Shown one piece after another: positions 10,889-20,027 of a stretch of DNA of 36,369 nt (positions are counted from its first letter, which is position 1; each line of letters starts with the position of its first letter). The stretch is taken from the NCBI RefSeq assembly GCF_001194135.2, contig NC_068982.1, positions 101,831,810 through 101,868,178 of the forward strand, written 5' to 3'. The DNA comes from Octopus bimaculoides (taxonomy: Eukaryota). The position numbers and the translations under genes are program-made. Below the pieces are notes generated by a model. That model was not told the DNA's origin, made no database searches, and was given only the letters and a program-made list of their open reading frames with translations.

Positions 10889-11874
10889 ATATATATGTAT
10901 GTATGTATGTATGTGTGTGAGTGAGTGTGTGGGAGTGTATGTGTGTATGGACGTATATGTATACGTGTATTCCTCTTTGCGCGTGCAATCATGATTTCTG
11001 TTTTACTAAATTTAAAGCTGCTTTCTTTCTGACTGAACTATCCCCAAGATCTTGATGAATGTTGTAAGGGTTCCGTGAGCTATGCTTGTCGCCTCCTAAG
11101 TTGGTACTTTCTGCGAAAACAGAATAGAATTTGACATGAGATAAAAAAAATTCCTTCGGTCGCTTCATAACGAGCGATTGTTGGGGAAAATCTTACCACT
11201 TCTAATGTTCAAAATCTAATAGTAACGTTTGAGATTGTTGATGATTTGAGAGAATTTTACAAGATTCATACGCATTTCTCAAACATTCTAACTTATTACG
11301 TAATTGCAATTTTTAATTATTACGTAATTCTGACTGCGTAAACAGTTTTACCGATATCAATATTTGCAAATAATCATTTATATTTTTATTATTCTTGCGT
11401 CTGTTTCATCAGTACCATTAACACCAATTATAATCCAGATTATCGAATATATGGAAGATATCACAGTTAACACTATGTGTGAAAGAAAGGCTGGTTCAAA
11501 CTAACAAATCTAAAAATGTTCTTTTCTCTAATTAGCAAATCACACTAATACTTTGCCACAAACAAATGTTTTACATGCGCAACATAGTTGCAGTTCTTGT
11601 TACCTTGGAGGAGACGCTAGTCTATAGTAACTAATTTTCCCATTTAAGCCTTAAAAAATTTGGAAGCTACTTTATGATGATGGTTAATAAACATATGAGG
11701 TAAGAGGTTTATTCACGATACACGAGACATTCATCAGAAATATTTCGTTTTTATCGTGTGTGCGTGCGCGCGTGTATACATATATGTAGAGAGTTTTTGA
11801 AGCGATGAACAGTTATTACATATTGAGAACACTAAGGTACTCAGAATGTTGGATTATCATATATATCTTTATTT

Positions 11875-11920
11875 ATATTTTTAGCGCTTTTTTCCGTAAT
11901 CGGATTTATCAAAAAAGTGC
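11875..11920 (-). ncRNA. Degenerate minimal type-I hammerhead ribozyme fold in PLE terminal repeat
   Basis: Reverse complement: GCACTTTT-TTGATAA-ATCCG-ATTA-CGGA-AAAAA-GCGC-TAAAAAT. The TCCG/CGGA stem II hairpin is intact; core boxes are mutated (CTGANGA to TTGATAA, GAAA to AAAA). Confidence 0.4.
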
Positions 11921-13042
11921 TTTATCGTTAAGTTTGCTTCGTCTTTTTATATAAAATTGAAACTGATGATGTTTTAGAAAGAGAGAGAGAGGGGAAAGAG
12001 AAAGAGAGTGAAAACAGTGAAGATAAAGAAGAGAAAAGAAAGTAGGAGTGTTTGGGGGGGGGGCATTTTTTTACCAGTGTGGTCAAACTTGCTTGATTCA
12101 ATATGTTCTTTTCTTTCTTTTTTTAGTGACCTTTTGGGTAGGGAAGGAAAGCAACTTTTTGTATTCAAGTGGTCGAGGCTTTAATTGGAAGACCAGATGT
12201 TGTCTTTGATTTTTCCAGTAAGAACTATAATTATACGTCAAGGTCCTGCTTATTTTAATTCTTTTGTATTCATTAATGTAGGAGGAGAGAGAATGGTTGC
12301 ATGGATGTGGTCATTTTTTTTAAATTCAAAGTCAAGGTGTCGCTTTTGATTTAGCCGTGTATGGCTGTTTTCAAAGATTGATTTTAAAGTAAGTATAGGT
12401 ATAATTTTAAATACAACCCAATGATAATCTTTAGGTGTGGGAAAGTGTTTCTCAATTATGAATATGACCTAAATTTCTTTTTAAAAGATCATAAATATAA
12501 TCTGCATTCCTTGAATGTTCCTTATCCACATGTTTCCAAATCAACCGTTTAATTTCGGTGAGAACTTCTTTCTGAAATATAGTTCCATTGTCTTTCGGAC
12601 GTTTGAGTCGTTCCTTGAGTATTTATAGAAGGGGAAGATCTTGAATTTTCCTTCTCCACATATTTCCAAATGTTTGCTCAGTGAAATTTTCCGTAGTTCT
12701 TCTTGTCGGATTTGTTGTCTGTCGAGTTTTGCGCGTTGGTAAAGAGAATTATTGGTTTCACCGATATAATTTTCTTTGCATTCAGGGCAAGTAACGCAGT
12801 AGATGAGATTTTGCAGTTCATATTTGCATTTACGTTGAACGAGAATCCACTCATACATTTTATGTGGGTGTCCCCATCTATGTATTTGAAATTGTTATTG
12901 TTGTTGTATATTCCACATCTGCTGTCTTCACGTTTTTTACGGAGAATTCATTTTCATTCTCTGATGTGAATTTTGCCCTTGTGAGTTGTTTTTTTAAGGT
13001 TTTTACTCCCTCGCGCGAAAATGATCGTAAGAGGTGGAAACC

Positions 13043-13622
13043 AGCAAGCAAACCAGCGGAGATTGTGGCTCGTTGATTTTTGTTGTCACTTAAAGCATGC
13101 GGAACTCATGCTCCATACTTCTGAACCTTTCCCATCAAGTGAAGATGCTTCTCTATAGCAGTGTGAGAGCATTCCATTTTCTCTGCCTGTTCCCTTGTTG
13201 TTTGACGAGAATTTTCGTGCAAAATTTGGTTTAATCGCTCTTCATCGAACTCAACTGGACGGCCAGAACGAGGTGCGTCTTTGAGGTCAAAATTTCAATG
13301 TTTGAACTTGGCATACCAATCACGAGCGGTTCTTTCAGCTATGGCACCCTCTCCATACACAGCGCGAATGTCATGAGCAGCTTTTGCTGCCTTAGAACCT
13401 TGTAGAACCTTAATTAAAAGCAAAAAAAAGGAGGTGTCGAAAATGTTCGTTATTCTTAACTTGACATTCCATTTTAATGATCTGAAAATAAACAAAAATT
13501 AACTAAAATTAACTAGAAAAAAAACAAAACAAAATAGATTCCAAAATGATTCAAAAATAGAATTCTCGGAAAAATAGATACCAAAATTTAAAACAACGGC
13601 GGAAACTTAGTCGCCAACCAAA
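13043..13622 (-). mobile_element. Mariner (DD34D-type) 5' fragment nested in the PLE
   Basis: TIR-like TTTGGTTGGCGACTAAGTTTCCGCCG adjacent to TA at 13623-13624. Translation: QGSKAAKAAHDIRAVYGEGAIAERTARDWYAKFK, frameshift, NFDLKDAPRSGRPVEFDEERLNQILHENSRQTTRE..EKMECSHTAIEKHLHLMGKVQKYGA*VPHALSD (mariner HTH and WVPHxL motif). The catalytic domain is absent. Confidence 0.9.
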
Positions 13623-14100
13623 TATTACGGTGCAGATTCGTCTTACCATACTATATGGGATGTTCCTTTTCATGTGTGAAGAGTAATAAGAGTAGAAATT
13701 CAAATATTGGTGCGTGTCCATTCGTTTTATATTTCTGTTCTGACAGTAGAGCTGTCTATTTTGATGTAAATGTCTAGGAATGGTAGTCCATTGTAGCTTG
13801 TTTCTGCTGTGAATTTTATAGATGGTTGCAGTGTGTTGAGGGTGTTGTGAAATGTTCGTAGGTCTTCTTTTGATCTATCCCAAAAAATGAGATTCACAAT
13901 ATATTCTTTGAAGCTGTGATAAAAGATTTTTCCTACTTCCTCGTAAAGTTTACCATCTTCACTATCTCCAACTCCCTCCTCCTGTCTCACACCTGCACCT
14001 TTCTTTCTAGTTTTTTCCTCTCTTCACCTCTCTCTCTCCCTTTCTAAAACATCATCAGCTTCAATTTTATATAAAAAGGCGAAGCAAACTTGCTATAAAC

Positions 14101-14144
14101 CACTTTTTTGATAAATCCAATAATGAAAGAAAGCGTTAAAAGTG
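14101..14144 (+). ncRNA. Degenerate minimal type-I hammerhead ribozyme fold in the inverted PLE repeat
   Basis: CACTTTT (stem I) - TTGATAA - ATCCA-ATAA-TGAAA (eroded stem II) - GAAA - GCG - TT - AAAAGTG (perfect stem I partner). Confidence 0.45.
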
Positions 14145-14718
14145 TAAATAAAAATATATATAATCATCCAACATTTTAACTACCTTAGTATTTTCAATAT
14201 AAACATATATATAAATGCGAACGCGCGCAGAAACACACACATACACAAATATACTTATTGTATTCGATATTTTGATTGAAGCCGCTTGAATATAATATCT
14301 GAACATATAAACAAAATTGAGAAATAGAAGATAAGAGAAAAAAAGTCACATCGAAAAAGACTAAGGGAGAATGAAGTTATAAAGAAAAATATTTAATGAA
14401 ATAAAGTAATTAGGGAATTACATTATTTCATTAGTATGAATAGTAATTAGATTTTAGATTTGTATTTTATCTATATGCATACTTGTATAAATGTATTTGT
14501 TAAAAATGGTCAGCATCAACAAGTTTTCATGTTTAAAATTGGCGATTCTTTATACAAATATATACAAGTATTCTTCTATAGAATAGTGGTTTAGATATTA
14601 TTAGTTCTGTTTTCTCCCTGTCATTAGCAGTGCTTACGTTGATCTTTGGTGCCTTACCAACATCATCATCTATTGCATTCCTTATACATATGTGTGTGTG
14701 CATATTTGTGCGCGTGTG

Positions 14719-14773
<55 letters not shown>
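14719..14773. repeat. (TG)n microsatellite
   Basis: Direct reading. Confidence 0.97.
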
Positions 14774-14775
<2 letters not shown>

Positions 14776-15339
14776 CCAGCCATGTCATTATTTGCATATT
14801 TCTATGATATAAAGGTCGCATGTTATTCCTAGGCCATTGAATTTGGTCCTATATACCAAATTACTCATACATAAATATTCATCAAAATGCAAAGTGATAT
14901 GCGTCCAAGTGTGAACAAATGCACTCTTCGATAGGGTCCCATCAGAAGCAATGGCTATTACATTTTCCGTCTGGATTCGGAAGCGTGACCAAATGTGACT
15001 ATGGATATTACGCAACCATCACAGTCTTGGTCTATCCCTAGATCTTCTACCAGTTGACTCAGTTTGAGACTCTATTTTGCATTTCTCTCCTACATGTCCA
15101 TAGTACCGGAGCTGTGACCTCAATGTAGAGAAATAGCGAGTCAACTCAGAGGCTCTTCCTGATCTCCGAGTTATTCCCCCTGTCAGTTAACAGAACTCCT
15201 GAGAATTTTGAACGAACCCTATTTCGACACCTTGTATGCCCCATCGCATTCTTTCGGTTATTACCCAAAATTCGCGACCACATGTGTGATAGGCACTGTT
15301 TTGTTAATAGAGGATAAAAGTCAACTGGTTTCTTTTCAG

Positions 15340-15411
15340 TGTTCTACCCATACAAGTGAAGAGTAGATCGAATCTTCATAGCTCTAGAAATAAATGCACT
15401 GCTTTTTAAAG
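15340..15411 (+). other. Candidate upstream (5' UTR/start) exon
   Basis: Acceptor GGTTTCTTTTCAG| and donor AAG|GTATGT. All through-frames contain a stop, but ATG at 15394 gives MHCFLK in phase 0. Confidence 0.3.
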
Positions 15412-15699
15412 GTATGTAATAATTATCCGTATTATCGTTCTATTGTTTCATTTGTTTGCGCCAAAGATATCCGCGACACGCAGTCAAGATTACCGCTATT
15501 TTATATTTTTAATTGGCAAAAGTTACAAGGTGTCTCAAGGGCCGAGAGTATGAGTGTGATGCATGAAAACCTTGGATGCGTGAGTCAAGTTTGAAATTCT
15601 GGTAATTAAAAATAAAACCAATACACACATCTTATATACATATGCATGTGTGTGCGTTTGTGTCTATGTGTCCGTGTATGGAGAGAGAGGGAGATACAT

Positions 15700-15860
15700 A
15701 TATATATATGTACATACATACATATATACCTACATACATACATAGCCTATATACACGTACATACATACACACACATACATACATACCTAAATGCATGCAT
15801 GCATGCATACATACATACATACATACATACATACATACATACATACATACATACATACAT
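15700..15860. repeat. (ATAC)n microsatellite
   Basis: Direct reading. Confidence 0.97.
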
Positions 15861-16017
15861 TATTCGCCTATGCTCACATTCATGTCTTGGCAAAAATCAA
15901 TAATCAACTGTGTGATGACACATATTTCAAATATAATAATTTTTGAAATGGTTTGCATTGTTTTTAACTATTTTAATTTATTCATTGCAAGTAACCAATA
16001 CGTCACCTTCATAGGCA

Positions 16018-16107
16018 ATGAAATTATTGTTTATGATGTCACTGGTATTCCAAAATAGCTGCGTTACATGCATAAAGACATTTAAAGTAGATATAATGAG
16101 GCTGTAA
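16018..16107 (+). CDS. Signal-peptide-like mini-ORF (MKLLFMMSLVFQNSCVTCIKTFKVDIMRL*), possible first coding exon of the 16169-16681 gene
   Basis: Preceded by acceptor-like CACCTTCATAG| (16014). The N-terminus has M-K, a hydrophobic core and small residues. It is in a different frame from the main ORF and no clean splice join was found. Confidence 0.3.
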   Translation: MKLLFMMSLVFQNSCVTCIKTFKVDIMRL

Positions 16108-16168
16108 AGAAGTCTGGCAACGTCTCAGATGATTCATCTCAATATCAGGTCCCGTTGAAAAATATTCA

Positions 16169-16681
16169 ATGGCCGACTTTATTCTTTTTGCAGATGTAGC
16201 AATTAATTATTCTACAAAGTGCATAACAGAACATTTCCGAAATGTATACTCAAGTTCTAAATACACTATTTTGCATCAAACAACAACATTGTACAATGTG
16301 TATAAAGATCAATTCCCTTTACTTCTTAATATTATCAGCGAACATTTTTCACAACTCAGTCGAACATTTCCGGATGATTTCCTCTTGAATAAAAAAGAAG
16401 CAGGGAGATTTTTGAAACAATTGGATATTGTTGAGAATCATTTACTGGTAATGAGCAGCATATCTACAAGATTGTTACAAGGGAATCATGAAAAGGCTCG
16501 CCGTGTTATGTTAATAGTACTCTACACTAACTTGGTTTGGTGTAAGTTCTTGAAGAACTTCTTCAGTAGGCATAAAATTTTAGTTAAATTGTATATGAGC
16601 ATGGTTTCTAATGCTAATTTAGGACACAGAATTAGAAAGATATTTGAATCGACTAAGCGTAATCGCCACCTAACTCTTTGA
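16169..16681 (+). CDS. Uncharacterised predicted alpha-helical protein, probably the terminal coding exon of a host gene (exon likely starts at 16194)
   Basis: 170 uninterrupted codons of non-repetitive, mixed-composition sequence in very AT-rich DNA; the longest non-repeat ORF in the window. Strong acceptor TTATTCTTTTTGCAG| at 16193 in phase 1. No transposon motif recognised. AATAAA at 16858-16863 (weak evidence in AT-rich DNA). Confidence 0.65.
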   Translation: MADFILFADVAINYSTKCITEHFRNVYSSSKYTILHQTTTLYNVYKDQFPLLLNIISEHFSQLSRTFPDDFLLNKKEAGRFLKQLDIVENHLLVMSSISTRLLQGNHEKARRVMLIVLYTNLVWCKFLKNFFSRHKILVKLYMSMVSNANLGHRIRKIFESTKRNRHLTL

Positions 16682-17876
16682 CTGTTTCTAAATTATGCAA
16701 AGAAAGAATCTACAGAAATATATTTTATTTCCATTGTTTATGTTTCAAATTTAAATAGAAAATACCCCAGTTGTATGCTGTCACACTAAAAGTACATAAA
16801 TCAATAGGAACTCACCGACAACGAAAAATGAAAAGAAAACAAAGCAAAACACAAGAAAATAAAGAAAACATTGAAGTTGATGAGGCTAAGTGGATTAAAT
16901 ACAGGTCATTCGCCACACATTACTACGTCGTGATAGGCATCTGAAAACGAATCTGATTTATTAGCCTATAGAGAAATGATTCCCCGATTATTATTCAACT
17001 TCGGATTATATATGTGCGAGCCTAACGTTTTTACTCGTTAGGTGTAGCAGTAAATAGCTACTAATCAAGCAGTCCCTTCTGGTTTGGGCGATGTAACTTT
17101 CCTTCTCACTTTATTTGGTGGGACAATATAATAATTGCATATCAGTTACTACAAAATAGTTGTGTAAGGAAGTACAGTTATTTGCACCAATAACGAATTC
17201 CATTAAAGTGAATTCAGAAAAACAAAACACAACTAAAAATCGAATTATTCTGACAGCAATCAAAAGTAATTAGAAAACAAAATAAATTAAATTAATTCGA
17301 ATTACATTTTTAAGCGATCGATAATGAAAATTAAAATAGCTAACTAACGACAAAAAACACCAAAGAAAACAACAAATCATTCTAGATGCTATCGAAAAAA
17401 TAACAATGAAAGTTATGTAAAAATATGAAGAGAAATAAAATTTATATTTGTATGAAATATCATTAAATAATTTTTACTACCATCTTGGGATTCGATATAT
17501 TCGATATTCTAAAATAGGTAACTGGAGATTACATTAACACAACGTGCGAGACTTTATGTGGCTAGTCGATATGCTTGAAACAGCAGTCGTGTATTACTTA
17601 AAACATTTCCATCCTCAAGTCTGGATAACACAGGAGTAAAAACAAAAAGAAGGAAAACCATTATGACCGCTGCAACATCATGAATTATAGAATTTGGTTG
17701 GTTTTTGAGTTTAATCAGAAGGAAAAAGGAATTTTGCTTAACAAATATTGTGATATTTACAGTATGGTATTAACTTGTATATTATGGCATACAATATACA
17801 TTAAATTTAGTGAAATTACACAAAGTCCACATGTTATAAACGTACACACCTATACGCATGTACATATATACATATA

Positions 17877-18744
17877 CAGGCTTTGGTGAATAATCTGTCG
17901 TCTAGATTACGCACAAATGAAAATGGCACTGTCATATCATTTTCACAGATATATTTACGAAAATTACACAAAAATAACTTGAAATATTAAAGAATAAATT
18001 TATATAAATTTATTCAATAGACTCGCCACTGACTTCAACCACGGCCTCCAGACGACTTCGGAATCTCCTGCAACTTTTCTGGACGGTCCCCTTGTTTAAG
18101 TTTATCTTTGGTGTTACAAGGAGTTCTGTTGTTCTCTCACTTAACTGCACCCCACACATAATAATCAAGGGGGATTTCCGTCTGGAGAATTAGGTGGCTA
18201 GATGTGAAGGGCGATGTGGTCGCAGAAATTGTCTGACAGCCATGATTGGATTCTCCTGCTTGTGTGGCATAGTGCAGAGTCCTGTTGCCAGACAGGGTTT
18301 TCCAGCCGCCATCCTCTTGATCCAGAACAGCACTAATCCTCCAGGCACTTGGTGTTGGCCTCTGTATGGAGTCTGAGGCCGTGTAGGAAGAGCAATGGAG
18401 GCATAACGTCGCCATCACCAGTGATCACTCTAAACACCATGATATTGACTGGATGTTTGATTTTTATTACTCTCAGTACATATTTTGGGGACACGACAAG
18501 CACTCAGATTGACACCCAAATCCTCTGAAACGTTCGTATTGGAGCTTCCAGCGTGAATGCCGAGCAGTGCAGCATGTCGTGTCCGAATTTTTGGCAGAGT
18601 GAATTACGTCATGGTGCAAGTTTTTCTTACAGACAGTGCCCAAATGACCCTACCATACTGTTTAGTCGACAAAATCTAAAATATACAATGCACATATGTA
18701 AAATTAAAAATATAAAATGGCGACAATTTACCCATCGCAAACTG
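17877..18744 (-). mobile_element. Internally deleted DD37D/maT Tc1/mariner element (copy A)
   Basis: Both ends present and TA-flanked (TA 17875-17876 and 18745-18746). Minus-strand remnants: MT*FTLPKI..., HPVNIMVF, QQDSALCHTSRRIQSWLSDNFCDH, PLDYYVWGAV, RRFRSRLEAVVE. Collinear with copy B. Confidence 0.9.
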
Positions 18745-18978
18745 TATGCGCGCTGCATGCGTGCGCGAGTGTGCGTATGTTGAAAAGGTTGCAAGAAGCA
18801 ACGAAAATTTTAGAAAAAAAAAATGCGTGGAAATTAAACCAGTGAGTGCGTTAATTAATAAGGAATTTTAATAAGTGAATATTATATGAATGACAACATG
18901 GAGGGACGCGGGGACCCCAGAAGCCACGTACCGTCACTGATTTTGTTTTTTTTAACCCTAGTCTTCGCCGTCAAGGTA

Positions 18979-19032
18979 ACTTATCAACTGCACCATAGTT
19001 ATCATACTTATCAAGTGCACCATTGTCATCAT
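18979..19032. repeat. Two 27-bp tandem units
   Basis: ACTTATCAACTGCACCATAGTTATCAT / ACTTATCAAGTGCACCATTGTCATCAT (24/27 identical). Confidence 0.85.
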
Positions 19033-19096
19033 TCTTGCCGGTGGCAAGTCCTTTCTATCCTTAATGTTCTTTGTGCTTGGAATTTAAAATGTTTTA

Positions 19097-19285
19097 TTAA
19101 ACATCTCGGTTCCATGACCTGAGATCATTTAGGAAGCGACCTTGCTTCCAGTTAGATTCCAGGTCACGCACATTCCCACTACCAAGCTTGAGCGAAAACA
19201 TGATAATAGTATTACTTACATTTGCTCGTCAAGAGCAGGGCGGGGGCGTTGGTGGTCCCTCCTCTTCCGCTGTGGCTTGTGAGGT
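19097..19285 (-). mobile_element. L1/Tx1-like LINE fragment (ORF1 end, spacer, start of APE endonuclease)
   Basis: ATG at 19201 gives MFSLKLGSGNVRDLESNWKQGRFLNDLRSWNRDV*, resembling the (I/L)GS.NVRGL...L...(N)xD(V/I) first motif of APE domains in L1/Tx1 ORF2. Confidence 0.55.
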
Positions 19286-20027
19286 AGGTGTTTGGTGTAG
19301 GTTCTTTGTAATGTGCCTATATCATTTGGATATTTTTCTTTAAGTTCTATGTAAGAAATATTATCAATGTATATGAATTTTCTGTTTGCTGGCATATTTG
19401 GGTTAAATGGGGTTTGGTATGGAGTGACATTTGGATTCTTGTGGATTCTACTTAAGTGGTGTTATGGGTGTTGATTCCGGCGATGCTTATTATTGTGTCT
19501 GGGGGTAATCTGTTGGGTGTTTGGGGTTCGTGTGTGAGTGTTGTAAATGCAAGTGTTTGAGTATCTGGGATGGGGGTAGTATTTTTCTTTTACGACTTTG
19601 TTTCGCTACTTGCTTCCATTCATTGTCTATGTTTTGATTAGTGGTTGGGGATGGATTTTCCAGGACACTTCTCTTGAGTTTTTTTTCCTCAGCAAGTATA
19701 TGAGGTCATCAGCAGAGAATGTGCGCCGTTTCGAGTCCTACCTCTCGACGGCTTCAATGCTCACAGCTGCCTCCAATACTGATATGAGGCCCCGCTTGGT
19801 AGATCAACTGGTTAACAATTAAAGCTCGATAACAACATCGAAAAATACCTTAGGAATGAGTGCCCAGGTTCGAAATTTCCCAAAGACACCTGATGAAGGC
19901 TGGTGGGTACATCAACCGAAAAGTTGTGTTAACAACAAAGAAGATGAGAACAAATATTTGTCAAATGTAAATAATTTGTCAAATGTAAATAATGTACATA
20001 ATTCCTCATCTCTTAAATATATAACTG
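19286..20027. mobile_element. Retroelement-derived segment: A/C-rich ORF-like remnant on the minus strand capped by a hammerhead-bearing PLE-type terminal repeat on the plus strand
   Basis: Strong G/T strand bias at 19286-19680. Minus-strand frame remnants include DSKRRTFSADDLIYLLRKK. The segment at 19830-20027 (AACATCGAAAAATACCTTAGG...CTTAAATAT) contains a hammerhead fold and, from memory, is a high-copy octopus repeat. Confidence 0.55.
19885..19930 (+). ncRNA. Minimal type-I hammerhead ribozyme motif
   Basis: GACAC (stem I) - CTGATGA - A-GGCTG gtgggtacat CAACC (stem II, one mismatch) - GAAA - AG - TT - GTGTT (stem I partner, one G-U). Both core boxes are intact. Confidence 0.7.

Larger units (their letters stand above)
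11820..14200 (-). mobile_element. 5'-truncated Penelope-like element with inverted terminal (pseudo-LTR) repeats
   Basis: RT remnant 13625-13950 (KLYEEVGKIF...LIFWDRSKEDLRTFHNTLNTLQPSIKFT..LPFLDIYI...THQYLNF....HMKRNIPYSMVRRICTV) and GIY-YIG region 12541-13000 (LIYCVTCPECKENYIGETNNSLYQR...LSKHLEICG..FKIFPFY...ELYFRKKFSPKLN), all on the minus strand. 11820-11990 and 14030-14200 are inverted copies of each other (roughly 80% identical by eye). Confidence 0.85.

Noticed and set aside
11035-11133. Peptide NYPQDLDECCKGSVSYAC, reminiscent of an insulin A chain
   Set aside because: The cysteine spacing does not match CCxxxCxxxxxxxxC, there is an in-frame stop just upstream, and no suitable acceptor.
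11390-11500. TM-like minus-strand peptide HIVLTVISSIYSIIWIIIGVNG
   Set aside because: Short, and explained by AT-rich codon bias; no splice support.
11963-11980. CTGATGA-TGTTTTA-GAAA in the PLE repeat
   Set aside because: Stem II would be a single base pair and no stem I exists. The better hammerhead-like fold is on the other strand.
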